From the NCBI GenBank assembly GCA_016865865.1, contig VGOC01000002.1:22863-86862 (forward strand): DNA of 64,000 bases, written 5' to 3'. The notes beneath the pieces were generated by a model that was not told the DNA's origin, did not search any database, and was given only the letters and a program-made list of their open reading frames with translations. The translations under genes were made by a program, and so were the position numbers. Shown piece by piece: positions 27,978-37,225 of the stretch. Position 1 is the stretch's first letter; each line of letters starts with the position of its first letter. Source of the stretch: Chloroflexota bacterium (GTDB taxonomy: Bacteria > Chloroflexota > Anaerolineae > Anaerolineales > UBA11858).

Positions 27978-28197
27978 TTTCAACTTCCTGGCGGTGTTCT
28001 TCTTCAAGTTCGTCCAACACGTTTGTCCCGGCCAGGATACCGTGTAGCCTGTCTATTGCATCCATCTCGATAGGTTCGATGACAATTTTGCCCTCCTGTA
28101 CATGCGCGCGTAACTGGTCGCCACGCTTGAGATGCAGTTGCTTGCGGATCAGGCGGGGGATGACAATCTGCCCTTTGGATGAAAGACGGATTAACAT
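27955..28197 (-). CDS. vapB: AbrB/SpoVT-family antitoxin (VapB/MazE-like)
   Basis: SSKGQIVIPRLIRKQLHLKRGDQL is the swapped-hairpin AbrB motif. It lies directly upstream of, and overlaps, the PIN gene. Confidence 0.8.
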   Translation of the reverse strand: MLIRLSSKGQIVIPRLIRKQLHLKRGDQLRAHVQEGKIVIEPIEMDAIDRLHGILAGTNVLDELEEEHRQEVENDRNLFT

Positions 28198-28275
28198 GGC
28201 GTCTCTCCTTTCTTACGTTTATGGAGATATTGTAAGACGAAGGGCGCAGTTCGTCGAGCACCGAATCGAAACAAA

Positions 28276-28662
28276 CTAGATGGTTCGCTCAGCGATGCAC
28301 TCGATCTCGACCAGTGCGTCCAGAGGATTCTGCCTGACGGATACTGTGGTTCGGGCTGGTCGGTGATCCCCGAACATTTGGCTGTATATTTTGTTCATCC
28401 CCTGGAAATCGGCCATGTCCTTCAAGAAGACAGTCGTCTTGACCACATTCTGCAGGGACAATCCCAGGCCGCCCAAAACGATCTCCAGATTCTTCAGCAC
28501 GCGTTCGGTCTGCTCCCCGATATCCGAACCGACCAATTGCTTGGTTTCTGGGTCGAGAGGCGTCTGACCCGAACAAAAAACGAAATTTCCAGATTGGACG
28601 GCATGGCAATACGGTCCAATCGCCTGAGGTGCGCCTTCGATATTTTGGTTTTGCATATTCAC
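28276..28662 (-). CDS. ridA: RidA/YjgF-family reactive-intermediate deaminase
   Basis: APQAIGPYCHAV..GNFVFCSGQ...ARTTV...LVEIE are typical of the YjgF family. Confidence 0.9.
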   Translation of the reverse strand: MNMQNQNIEGAPQAIGPYCHAVQSGNFVFCSGQTPLDPETKQLVGSDIGEQTERVLKNLEIVLGGLGLSLQNVVKTTVFLKDMADFQGMNKIYSQMFGDHRPARTTVSVRQNPLDALVEIECIAERTI

Positions 28663-28665
28663 CTC

Positions 28666-29892
28666 CTACTCATACCTCAACGCCTCCACCGGCTCCAGGC
28701 TGGCCGCCCGGTTGGCGGGGTACAGCCCGAAGAAGACGCCTACCGCCGCCGAGAAGAGCGTCGCCAGCAGCACCGCCTCCATGCCGATCACCGGGACGAT
28801 GTCAGCGTCGTTCGCCGCGGCGATCTGCCCGACGATCGCGGAGATCAACCACCCCAAGCCAATCCCCACGATCCCGCCGAACAGGCTCAGCAACACCGAC
28901 TCAGTCAGGAATTGCATCAGGATATCGCTTTTCCGTGCGCCCATCGCCTTGCGCAGACCGATCTCGCGCGTGCGCTCCACCACCGAGACCAGCATGATGT
29001 TCATGATGCCGATCCCTCCCACCAGCAGCGAGATGCCGGCGATGCCGCCCAGGAAGATGGTCAGAATGCCGGTGATCGAGGAGGCCACATCCAGGAAATC
29101 CTGCTGGCTGTAGATGGTGAAATCATCCTGCCCGATCTCGGTGCGATGGCGTTGACGAAGGATTTGGGCGACTTCGTCGCTAGCCTGAAGCACCAGATCG
29201 GCGCTGGCCGCGCCGACGAAGATCACATCAACCCGGTCGCGCGTAGAACGCCGGATCAGCCTGGTTTGAGCCGTAGTCAGGGGCACGATCACCTGGTCGT
29301 CCTCGCTGCCGAAGGAGCCGCCGCCTTTTTCTTCCAGGACGCCGATCACCCGGAAGGGCTGCTCCTCGATGCGTACGGTCTCGCCTGCCAGGCCGGACTT
29401 TCTCCCGAAGAGTTCCTCAGCCACATCCACCCCCAGGATGACGACCGCCGAATGTCCCAACATATGCGCTTCGCTGATGAACTCTCCCTCGCTGACATGG
29501 TAATTGCGCACAACTTCATAATCGGGCGTCACACCGTTGATGTTGGTCACCACGCTCTCGCCGGAGAAACTGACCTCGGCGCTGCCCTGTAAGATCGGCG
29601 CGACGCCAACCACGGAGGGCGCAGCAAAGGGATCGGCGATGGCCTCGGCGTCGCCCAGCGTCAGCGGCTCGGGGTTGCGCACATCTTCGGAGCCACCGCG
29701 GAACACAAAGATCAAATTCGTACCGATGCCCTGAATTTCCCCTGTGATCGAATTTTCAGCCCCCGCTCCAATGGCTAACATGGCGATCACCGCCCCCACA
29801 CCGATGACGATCCCCAGGATGGTCAGCCCGGAACGCAGCTTATTGGAAGTCAGGCTCTCCAAAGCCTCGATGAACGATTGCCAGAAATTCAT
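28666..29892 (-). CDS. MacB/YknZ-type ABC transporter permease (FtsX domain)
   Basis: MacB_PCD-like periplasmic domain between TM1 and TM2, plus a C-terminal FtsX motif (REIGLRKAMGAR). Confidence 0.9.
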   Translation of the reverse strand: MNFWQSFIEALESLTSNKLRSGLTILGIVIGVGAVIAMLAIGAGAENSITGEIQGIGTNLIFVFRGGSEDVRNPEPLTLGDAEAIADPFAAPSVVGVAPILQGSAEVSFSGESVVTNINGVTPDYEVVRNYHVSEGEFISEAHMLGHSAVVILGVDVAEELFGRKSGLAGETVRIEEQPFRVIGVLEEKGGGSFGSEDDQVIVPLTTAQTRLIRRSTRDRVDVIFVGAASADLVLQASDEVAQILRQRHRTEIGQDDFTIYSQQDFLDVASSITGILTIFLGGIAGISLLVGGIGIMNIMLVSVVERTREIGLRKAMGARKSDILMQFLTESVLLSLFGGIVGIGLGWLISAIVGQIAAANDADIVPVIGMEAVLLATLFSAAVGVFFGLYPANRAASLEPVEALRYE

Positions 29893-29940
29893 TTTTTCTC
29901 CACGAGCAGTAGCCAGTTATCAGTCATCAGTTGGTACTGC

Positions 29941-30615
29941 TCACTGTTCCACTCCACCATCGCGAATACGTACGATCCGCCGGGTTTGTTGAGCGATCTC
30001 TGGGTCGTGAGTCACGATGATCAGGGTAGTACCGCGCTCTTTGTTCAAATCGAGCAGCAATTTCATGATCGCATCGCCAGAGGCTGTGTCCAGGTTGCCT
30101 GTCGGTTCATCTGCCATCACGATGGAGGGTTCATTGACAATCGCCCGTGCGATAGCCACTCGCTGCTGCTCGCCTCCAGATAACTCATTCGGATGATGAG
30201 TCATGCGATCCGCCAGCCCCACAGCTTCCAGGGCTGCCCGGGCGCGCTGCCGGCGGTTCTTGCCGTTGCGGGCGTAACGCAGCGGCAATTCCACGTTTGC
30301 CAGCGCCGACGCCCTGGGCAACAGATTGAAACTCTGGAAGACAAAACCCACCTTGCGATTGCGAATATCGGCTAACTGGTCATCGTTCAGATCGGCGACG
30401 CTTTCGCCATCCAGGAAATAGTCTCCCGTCGTGGGACGATCCAGGCAGCCCAAGATATTCATCAACGTGGATTTGCCTGAACCAGAAGGCCCCATGATAG
30501 CGATCACCTCCCCAGGTTCGATCGTGAGGGATAATCCGCGCAAGGCATGGACCTCCACTTCGCCCATGTTGAACACTTTCGTGATTTCCCGTGCGTCAAC
30601 TACCCAATCTGACAT
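29941..30615 (-). CDS. ABC transporter ATP-binding protein (MacB/LolD/YknY-type)
   Basis: Walker [10 protein letters not shown], signature [14 protein letters not shown] and Walker [14 protein letters not shown] use the ATG at 30615. Confidence 0.93.
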   Translation of the reverse strand: MSDWVVDAREITKVFNMGEVEVHALRGLSLTIEPGEVIAIMGPSGSGKSTLMNILGCLDRPTTGDYFLDGESVADLNDDQLADIRNRKVGFVFQSFNLLPRASALANVELPLRYARNGKNRRQRARAALEAVGLADRMTHHPNELSGGEQQRVAIARAIVNEPSIVMADEPTGNLDTASGDAIMKLLLDLNKERGTTLIIVTHDPEIAQQTRRIVRIRDGGVEQ

Positions 30616-30696
30616 CAATCGGCTCCAATCCTGTATAACATAGCAAGATCTCACTCCATCGTTGGATCAAAGCTCCGTCCCCGAGGCGCCCGAAGT

Positions 30697-32265
30697 TTAA
30701 GGGTGTGGTCGTCCGCCTGGGCCAAAGCCGCCTCCCTCATCTGTCAACTCCCGGGGCGGATTGAGCACCACCTCGTCGCCGACCTTCAAATCGCCCTCCA
30801 CTACCTCGCTGTGCGTATCGGATGAAGCGCCCAGGGTGATCGGCACACTCTCGATGGTGCCATCATTTCCGAGGACATACACCACCCGCTCCCCCTCGAC
30901 GACGCGCACAGCGCGGTTGGGAATCAACAAAGCCTGATCCAACTGCCGGACGACGATATTCACCGCCGAGGTCATCCCAGGGCGGATTTCCTCATCCGCA
31001 TCCAGCAATTCGACCACCACGGTGAAATTCACTACGCCTTGCTGCTCTGCGCCCACCAGCGCCACTTCTGCTACTGCGCCATGATATTCTTTCGCAAGAA
31101 TGGCGTCGAAACTCAGCACTACTTCCTGCCCCTCGGCGATCTTGTTGATGTCCACTTCGGAGACTTCGAGGTCCACCAATAGATGTGAAAAATCATCCAC
31201 GCGGAAAGCGGGGTCGCCAGCGTTCACCTGGTCGCCGGGTTTGTTCTCAACCGCTGTGACGATTCCGTCGAAAGGCGCGCGGATATACGCCTGAGCCAGG
31301 GTCGCCTGGGCGGCTGCCACCCGCGCCTCGGCGGCGGCGACATCCTCCGGCGGCGGGCCATCTTGCAAGTGCTCCCATTCTCGCCGCGCATCCGCCAATT
31401 GCGCCTCGAGCAAGGCGACATCCGCATCGGAGGGGCCATCTTCGACGCGTTCGTACCCTCGCCGAGCGTCCACGAGCTGCGCCTGGGCGACAGCCAGATT
31501 GGCCCGCGCCTCGGCGATATCTACCTCCGTTCCGGTGCTCGATAGCGCATTGAGCTTGCGCACTGCGGCATCATAATTCTGCTGCGCCGCAGACAGGGCG
31601 CTCTGGAAATTGGCGCGCTCCAGGTCATCTTGCGGGCGGCCTTCGTAGGGTTCGAAATCTTCCTGAGCTTTCTCGAGCCTGTCCCTCAGCAACACAACCT
31701 CGGCGTTGGCGGCGTCAATGTCGGCCTGGCTGGCGGTCAACTGCACACTGGTCAAACGGCGCTCGGCGTCCCGAACTGCCTGTTCCGCGTCGGCGATAGC
31801 CTGCAAAGCCTGCGCCTGTTGTAGCTCCGGATTCAATAGATCTTCCAGCGCCTGCTCGGCATCTTCGACAGCTTGCAAGGCCTGGGCGCGTTGTAAATCG
31901 GAGTTGAGCAAATCATCCAGGGCTTTCTGCGCGCTGACCAAATCAGCCTGGGCCAGGATCACAGCCTGGGGGAGCGAGGTCTGCTCCAGCGCGGCCAGTT
32001 GCATATCCATCGTCGCCGCATCTCCAACCTTCACGTGCACCTGCTCCACCGTGCCAGAAGTCTTCCATGCCAGATCAGCGCTCTGGTTCGAGCGCACCTG
32101 GCCGGTCGCCCCGATGGTCGCTACCAACGCCCCCTCCTCGACTTTGATGGTCTGCAAATTGGCCATCAATTCCTGGCGCGCCTTGTTGGTGCTGTACGCC
32201 CGCCAGCCAAAGATGCCGCCGACCAAAACAATCACTACAACGATAAATATGATCCATCTCTTCAT
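30697..32265 (-). CDS. HlyD/MacA-family periplasmic adaptor, paralogue 1
   Basis: N-terminal TM helix, a long coiled-coil with repeated LEDLLNP.LQQAQALQA, and biotinyl-lipoyl and beta-barrel regions. I use the ATG at 32265 because the listed longer ORF reads through a MITE. Confidence 0.85.
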   Translation of the reverse strand: MKRWIIFIVVVIVLVGGIFGWRAYSTNKARQELMANLQTIKVEEGALVATIGATGQVRSNQSADLAWKTSGTVEQVHVKVGDAATMDMQLAALEQTSLPQAVILAQADLVSAQKALDDLLNSDLQRAQALQAVEDAEQALEDLLNPELQQAQALQAIADAEQAVRDAERRLTSVQLTASQADIDAANAEVVLLRDRLEKAQEDFEPYEGRPQDDLERANFQSALSAAQQNYDAAVRKLNALSSTGTEVDIAEARANLAVAQAQLVDARRGYERVEDGPSDADVALLEAQLADARREWEHLQDGPPPEDVAAAEARVAAAQATLAQAYIRAPFDGIVTAVENKPGDQVNAGDPAFRVDDFSHLLVDLEVSEVDINKIAEGQEVVLSFDAILAKEYHGAVAEVALVGAEQQGVVNFTVVVELLDADEEIRPGMTSAVNIVVRQLDQALLIPNRAVRVVEGERVVYVLGNDGTIESVPITLGASSDTHSEVVEGDLKVGDEVVLNPPRELTDEGGGFGPGGRPHP

Positions 32266-32327
32266 AAGCTTTTCCAGTTCCTCACTACCACTATCTCGGG
32301 GAATTTTACCCCTAAGAGGGAAATTCG

Positions 32328-32419
32328 GTATCATCTCAATAAAAGGGGGAGCGGGGGGTGTGCGGGCGGCGAAGCCGCCCGCACACCCCCCATCTTCCCC
32401 CAAGTTATTGGGAAGATAC
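32328..32419. mobile_element. 92-bp GTATC..GATAC MITE-like element, copy 2, inserted between the two adaptor genes
   Basis: Same ends and core as 18189-18280, in the opposite orientation. Perfect GAAATTCG / GAAATTCG flanking repeat. Confidence 0.85.
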
Positions 32420-32459
32420 GAAATTCGATCATTCGGAGTTGGGATCGAGGATGATTTCA

Positions 32460-33842
32460 TCACCTTCTGCCGACCTCGATCTCCACCGAGGCGGACATCC
32501 CAGACCGGACAGATGAATCGGCGTCGCTCATTTCGACAATCACTTCGAAAGCGGCCATCCCCTCCGTCTCGATCCCAACCGGGGAGATTTCGACCACCCG
32601 GCCATGGTACTCCCGGGCAAAAACGGCCTCGCAGGTCAGGATGACATTCTGGCCTACTTCGATGCGATTGATGTCAATTTCCGAAACCTGCACATCCACC
32701 AGCAGGCGCGAGAGGTCATCCAGGCGAAAAGCGACCGCTCCAGAAGCAACCTGGTCGCCAGGCTGGATATACACGGCGGTGATCATGCCATCGAAGGGCG
32801 CCGTGAGGCCGGCCATTTGCAGGACGGCCTGAGCTGCGGTCAGGCGCGCCTCGGCGGCCGCGACATCCTCTGAGGTGGGGCCATCCTTGAGTCGCTCCCA
32901 TTCCCGCTGCGCGTTGGCCAGCTCCGCTTCCAACACGGCAATCTCCGCCGGGCTGGGGCCGTCTTCGATCCGCTGCCACTGGCGCTGCGCCTCGGCCAAT
33001 TGCGCCTGAGCCGCAAAAACCGCCGCCTCCGCCACGGCCGCGTCAACCGGGTCTGGAGGGGCCAACAACTCGTCGTAGCGGGCTGCTAAATAGTCATGAT
33101 GCTTCCGCGCCTGCGCCAACTGCACCTGCAAGTCGGCGTACATCTGCTTGTAGAGCGTGCGGCTTTCGAAGGGCTGCAGAACGGTCTGGTTGACTTTCTT
33201 TTCGATTTCGGCGACATTCTCTTCCAAATCGGCGATGGCGTCTTCGGTCAACAAGATATTCGAATAGATTTGTTCCAGGCTCCAGGCAGATACAGGCTTC
33301 ATGAGAATGTCATAATTGCGCTGCGCTCTCTCCAGGTCTCGTTCGGCGCTGGCGAGATTCACTTGCGCCTGGGCCTGCGCCATATCAGGATTCAAGGCGT
33401 CTTCGAGGGCGTGTTGGGCGTCTTCGACCGCCTTCTGGGCCTGGGACTGCTGCAACCGGGAATTGAGCAGATCGTCCAACTCTTGTCGCGCACTGATGAG
33501 ATCCGCTTGAGCCAGGATGACAGAGGCGGGCAGCGAGGTCTGATCCAGCGAGGCCAACAACTGGCCGCGCACCACCCGATCCCCGACCTCGACGAACACC
33601 TCGCTTACCTCGCCGGAAGTCTGCCAATCCAGGATGGCGCTCTGCGCCGAATGCACTACTCCATCCGCCTCGACCACGGAGATCAACGGGCCGCGTTCGA
33701 CGATAGCGGTCTCCATATTTTCGGGCAGGACTGACGCCCGGCGCTGACCGACGATAATCGCAGCAACGATAACGATCACAGTCAGGAGCAAGGCTGCTGC
33801 GATGATGACGAGAGTCGTCTTTCGTTTCGATCGGGTATTCAT
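32460..33842 (-). CDS. HlyD/MacA-family periplasmic adaptor, paralogue 2
   Basis: Same architecture as the downstream paralogue. Shared segments include SLPASVILAQADLISA and LDDLSRLLVDVQVSEIDI. Confidence 0.85.
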   Translation of the reverse strand: MNTRSKRKTTLVIIAAALLLTVIVIVAAIIVGQRRASVLPENMETAIVERGPLISVVEADGVVHSAQSAILDWQTSGEVSEVFVEVGDRVVRGQLLASLDQTSLPASVILAQADLISARQELDDLLNSRLQQSQAQKAVEDAQHALEDALNPDMAQAQAQVNLASAERDLERAQRNYDILMKPVSAWSLEQIYSNILLTEDAIADLEENVAEIEKKVNQTVLQPFESRTLYKQMYADLQVQLAQARKHHDYLAARYDELLAPPDPVDAAVAEAAVFAAQAQLAEAQRQWQRIEDGPSPAEIAVLEAELANAQREWERLKDGPTSEDVAAAEARLTAAQAVLQMAGLTAPFDGMITAVYIQPGDQVASGAVAFRLDDLSRLLVDVQVSEIDINRIEVGQNVILTCEAVFAREYHGRVVEISPVGIETEGMAAFEVIVEMSDADSSVRSGMSASVEIEVGRR

Positions 33843-34030
33843 TGAGATTCGGGGATTTTCGACAAATTTGCTTTTCTTGGCGATGTTTTTTTAAAGGAAC
33901 TTGCCTTTGAAGCGCACTACAAAGCTCCGTTTTCCTATGCCAAGCAAGGGTTCCGCAGCGATTTGGCGCCCCGCACAGACACAATTCCCAGACGGTTTCC
34001 GTAGATGATTATACCGCTGAACGAGAGGGC

Positions 34031-34085
34031 GGGGCGGCATATATGGGGGTGCATGCGCAGCACGCACCCCCATATATGCCGCCCC
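34031..34085. repeat. GGGGCGGCA..TGCCGCCCC hairpin family, copy 2
   Basis: GGGGCGGCATATATGGGGGTGCATGCGCAGCACGCACCCCCATATATGCCGCCCC, located 33 bp before a MITE copy. Confidence 0.7.
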
Positions 34086-34118
34086 GTATCTTCTGCCCGT
34101 TGTTTTTGCAGTGGACTC

Positions 34119-34230
34119 GTAACTGCTCAGCCATCGAACGGATTTACCCGAAAAAAGGGTGTGCGCAGGGGGCGTAGTCCCCTGCGCACACCCTTTTTTC
34201 GGGAATTTCTCCGTTTGGCTGAGTAGTTAC
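34119..34230. mobile_element. 111-bp palindromic MITE-like element, copy 4
   Basis: Perfect GTGGACTC / GTGGACTC flanking direct repeat. Confidence 0.85.
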
Positions 34231-34240
34231 GTGGACTCAA

Positions 34241-34278
34241 GGTTAAAATCATCATATTTGGTTAAAATCATCATATTT
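34241..34278. repeat. perfect 2 x 19-bp tandem repeat upstream of gyrA
   Basis: GGTTAAAATCATCATATTT occurs twice, head to tail. Confidence 0.9.
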
Positions 34279-34289
34279 GCCAACCGCGG

Positions 34290-34333
34290 TATAATTAAGC
34301 GTGTGTTCCACCATCGGTGGCACACGTTTTTTT
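34290..34333 (+). promoter_or_regulatory. TATAAT box followed by a terminator-like hairpin and T7 run in the gyrA leader
   Basis: TATAAT at 34290-34295. The hairpin GTGTGTTCCACC-ATC-GGTGGCACAC is followed by GTTTTTTT and ends 32 nt before the gyrA ATG. No upstream plus-strand gene exists for it to terminate. Confidence 0.4.
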
Positions 34334-34365
34334 CGTAAGAAACAAGTTCAAAGGAAGATCGTTTT

Positions 34366-36870
34366 ATGGATTTTGGCACGGTTCGTTCTGTAGATATCAA
34401 CCAACAAATGCGCTCGGCATATCTCGATTACGCCATGAGTGTGATCGTATCCCGCGCCTTGCCCGATGTGCGTGATGGCCTGAAGCCAGTGCATCGGCGC
34501 ATTTTGTATGCCATGCACGATATGGGCATACGCGCCACAGGGTCATATAAGAAATCCGCTCGTATCGTTGGCGAAGTCTTGGGTAAGTATCACCCGCATG
34601 GCGATATAGCGGTCTATGACAGCATGGCGCGCATGGCTCAGGATTTCTCCATGCGTTACCCCATGGTAGATGGACAGGGGAACTTCGGTTCCGTTGACGG
34701 CGACTCCCCGGCGGCGATGCGATATACCGAAGCGCGCCTGGGACGTCTGGCCGAAGAGATGCTCACGGATATAGACAAGGATACAGTGAACTTCGAAGAC
34801 AACTTCGACGGCTCCCTGCAGGAACCAGCGGTGCTGCCCGCTCGATTGCCCAATATGTTGCTCAATGGCGCCTCGGGGATTGCCGTAGGGATGGCTACCA
34901 ATATCCCACCCCACAATATGGGCGAGCTGGTAGCAGCGCTGACTTTTATCATCGAGAACTATGATCAAATTGATGATGTGACCATCGAAGATTTATTGCA
35001 ATTCATCCCCGGGCCGGACTTCCCTACTGGCGGGGTGATCGTCGGGGATGAGGGCATTCGCCAGGCTTATGGCACTGGCCGTGGGCGCATCGTGTTGCGC
35101 GGGAAAGCCCTCATCGAAGAAAGCGAACGAGGGCGCCATCAAATCCTCATCACCGAGATCCCCTATCAACTCAACAAAACAACCCTCATCGAGCGTATCG
35201 CTATTTTGGCCCGCGATGGCAAACTGGATGAAATCTCCGATCTCAGAGATGAATCCGATCGCACGGGCATGCGTATCATCATCGAACTCAAAAAGACCGC
35301 CCACCCCCGTCAAGTCCTCAACCAGCTCTACAAATACACCCCTCTGCAATCTACCTTTGGGGTGCAAATGCTGGCCTTGATTGATGGAGAGCCGCGTTTA
35401 CTCTCCCTCAAACGAGCTTTGCACCTCTACATCGAACACCGCCTGGAAGTGATCACCCGCCGCAGCCAGTTCGAGTTGGCCAAAGCCCGTGAGCGGGCGC
35501 ATATTCTCGAAGGTCTGCTCATCGCACTGGCGAACCTGGACGAAGTCGTCCAGACCATTCGCCAATCGCCGGATGTCGAAATCGCCAAAGAGCGCCTGAT
35601 GACCCGGTTCGGCCTCACCGACCGACAGGCGCAGGCCATCCTCGATTTGCAACTCCGCCGTCTGGTAGCCCTCGAACGTCAAAAAATCGAAGACGAGCAC
35701 AAAGCCCTCATGGAGCAAATCGAATACCTCGAAGATTTGTTGGCGCACCCCAAGAAAATGCTCCAACTGATCAAAGAAGACCTGGGCGAGTTGGCCGAAA
35801 TATATAGCGACGAGCGCCGCACCCAGATCGTCCCAGAAGCCAGCGGCGATCTCAGCGAGGAGGATCTCTACGCTGACGAAACCTTACTGGTCACCATCAC
35901 CGAGCGAGGTTATGTCAAGCGCGTCGACGCGAAATACTACCGCTCTCAACGCCGCGGCGGGCGCGGCGTCAAAGGGCACATCACGCACGATGAAGACGAA
36001 GTGCTGATGGTGTTCTCAGCGCGGACGTTCGACACGATCCTGTTTTTCTCCGATCGCGGTAAAGTATATTCCGAAAAAGCCTACCAGATCCCCGATGCTG
36101 GTCGAGCTGCCAAGGGGATCGCGATGGCCAATGTGCTTGCCATCGGGCCGCAAGAGACGATCACTGCGGCAGTAGCGGTGCCTGATTTCGGGGCCGCTGA
36201 ATACTGCACCATGGTGACCCGCCAGGGCAAGATCAAACGCGTAGCACTCTCCGAGTTCGCAGCGGTGCGCCCATCAGGTTTGATCGCCATGGGGTTAGCG
36301 GATAATGATGAGCTCGGCTGGGTGCGCCTCACCAGCGGAGACGAAGAATTGATCATCGTCACCGAACACGGTCAGGCATTGAGATTCCATGAAAAAGAAG
36401 TCCGGCCCATGGGTCGTCAGGCGCAAGGAGTTAACGGCATTCAATTGAAAGCCGATGACCACGTGGTGGGTATGGAAGTCGTAGAACCTGGCGGCGATCT
36501 CCTGGTTATCACCACCCGCGGATATGGCAAACGCACCTCCCTCGACGAATATTCTGCCAAAGGCCGCGCTACCATGGGAATCCTGACCATTGACAAAAAT
36601 GCCCTCCCTAAGATTGGATTGATCACCTCGGCCCGGGTCGTCCAACCCACAGAAGATTTGATCACCCTGATCTCATCCAAGGGCATTGTCCTGCGTACCA
36701 ATGCCGAAGCGATCTCTCGATATAGCCGGGCTACGCGCGGCGTCCAAATCATGAATCTGGAAGAAGACGACAGCATGGCCTCAATGGCCCGTTTTGCCGC
36801 CGAGGATCTGCGCAAAGCAGGAGCAATCGATGTAGACAACGAGAATGGATTACCCTCTAGAAATGAATGA
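34366..36870 (+). CDS. gyrA: DNA gyrase subunit A
   Basis: [27 protein letters not shown], the active-site region AAMRYTE, the QRDR-like HPHGD, and C-terminal beta-pinwheel repeats. Confidence 0.97.
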   Translation: MDFGTVRSVDINQQMRSAYLDYAMSVIVSRALPDVRDGLKPVHRRILYAMHDMGIRATGSYKKSARIVGEVLGKYHPHGDIAVYDSMARMAQDFSMRYPMVDGQGNFGSVDGDSPAAMRYTEARLGRLAEEMLTDIDKDTVNFEDNFDGSLQEPAVLPARLPNMLLNGASGIAVGMATNIPPHNMGELVAALTFIIENYDQIDDVTIEDLLQFIPGPDFPTGGVIVGDEGIRQAYGTGRGRIVLRGKALIEESERGRHQILITEIPYQLNKTTLIERIAILARDGKLDEISDLRDESDRTGMRIIIELKKTAHPRQVLNQLYKYTPLQSTFGVQMLALIDGEPRLLSLKRALHLYIEHRLEVITRRSQFELAKARERAHILEGLLIALANLDEVVQTIRQSPDVEIAKERLMTRFGLTDRQAQAILDLQLRRLVALERQKIEDEHKALMEQIEYLEDLLAHPKKMLQLIKEDLGELAEIYSDERRTQIVPEASGDLSEEDLYADETLLVTITERGYVKRVDAKYYRSQRRGGRGVKGHITHDEDEVLMVFSARTFDTILFFSDRGKVYSEKAYQIPDAGRAAKGIAMANVLAIGPQETITAAVAVPDFGAAEYCTMVTRQGKIKRVALSEFAAVRPSGLIAMGLADNDELGWVRLTSGDEELIIVTEHGQALRFHEKEVRPMGRQAQGVNGIQLKADDHVVGMEVVEPGGDLLVITTRGYGKRTSLDEYSAKGRATMGILTIDKNALPKIGLITSARVVQPTEDLITLISSKGIVLRTNAEAISRYSRATRGVQIMNLEEDDSMASMARFAAEDLRKAGAIDVDNENGLPSRNE

Positions 36871-36896
36871 GGTGTATCTCACTTGAAACACGCTCG

Positions 36897-36939
36897 AACG
36901 GATGAGCGCAAGAAGCGAAGCTTCTTGCGCTCATCCGTT
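36897..36939. terminator. perfect 20-bp-stem hairpin between the convergent gyrA and a small ORF
   Basis: AACGGATGAGCGCAAGAAGC-GAA-GCTTCTTGCGCTCATCCGTT. Confidence 0.6.
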
Positions 36940-36966
36940 GTAGGGGAACTTCAATCGAGCAAATGT

Positions 36967-37185
36967 TTATAAGAAGGGGAAGGCGATTTTTTCCGTGACC
37001 AGCAAGCAAAAAGCGCTCAAGATGCACACCGTCATCATCACCATCAAGGCAATGATGAAGCGCTGTACTGGCGTCATCCCCAGGAATAGGGTGTATGCAG
37101 GGGCGCTAAGGCCTCGGTCCGAGAAGGCATCCTCATCTTCGAGAAAAACTGCACTGTCTGCTTGTTCGCGTAGATCGTCGAGCAT
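36967..37185 (-). CDS. small hypothetical membrane protein (72 aa)
   Basis: A GGGAGG ribosome-binding site lies 6 nt upstream of the ATG. It has an acidic N-terminus and one TM helix, and lies directly downstream of birA. Confidence 0.45.
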   Translation of the reverse strand: MLDDLREQADSAVFLEDEDAFSDRGLSAPAYTLFLGMTPVQRFIIALMVMMTVCILSAFCLLVTEKIAFPFL

Positions 37186-37225
37186 GGCAACCTCCCAGGT
37201 CTAATCAGGTTATGGATAGTTTAGC

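Noticed and set aside
28363-29592. 409-aa plus-strand ORF
   Set aside because: It is antisense to the well-supported MacB/FtsX permease gene. Its composition is Arg/His/Gln/Asp-rich and low-complexity, typical of a GC-rich shadow frame. No recognisable motifs.
31706-32644. 312-aa plus-strand ORF
   Set aside because: It is antisense to the two adaptor genes and reads through the MITE. It is Ala/Ser/Cys-rich and low-complexity.
33843-34030. Promoter for the exporter operon (TATAAT on the minus strand near 34003)
   Set aside because: No acceptable -35 element lies at 16-18 nt, and there is no extended -10. It is too weak to report as a feature.
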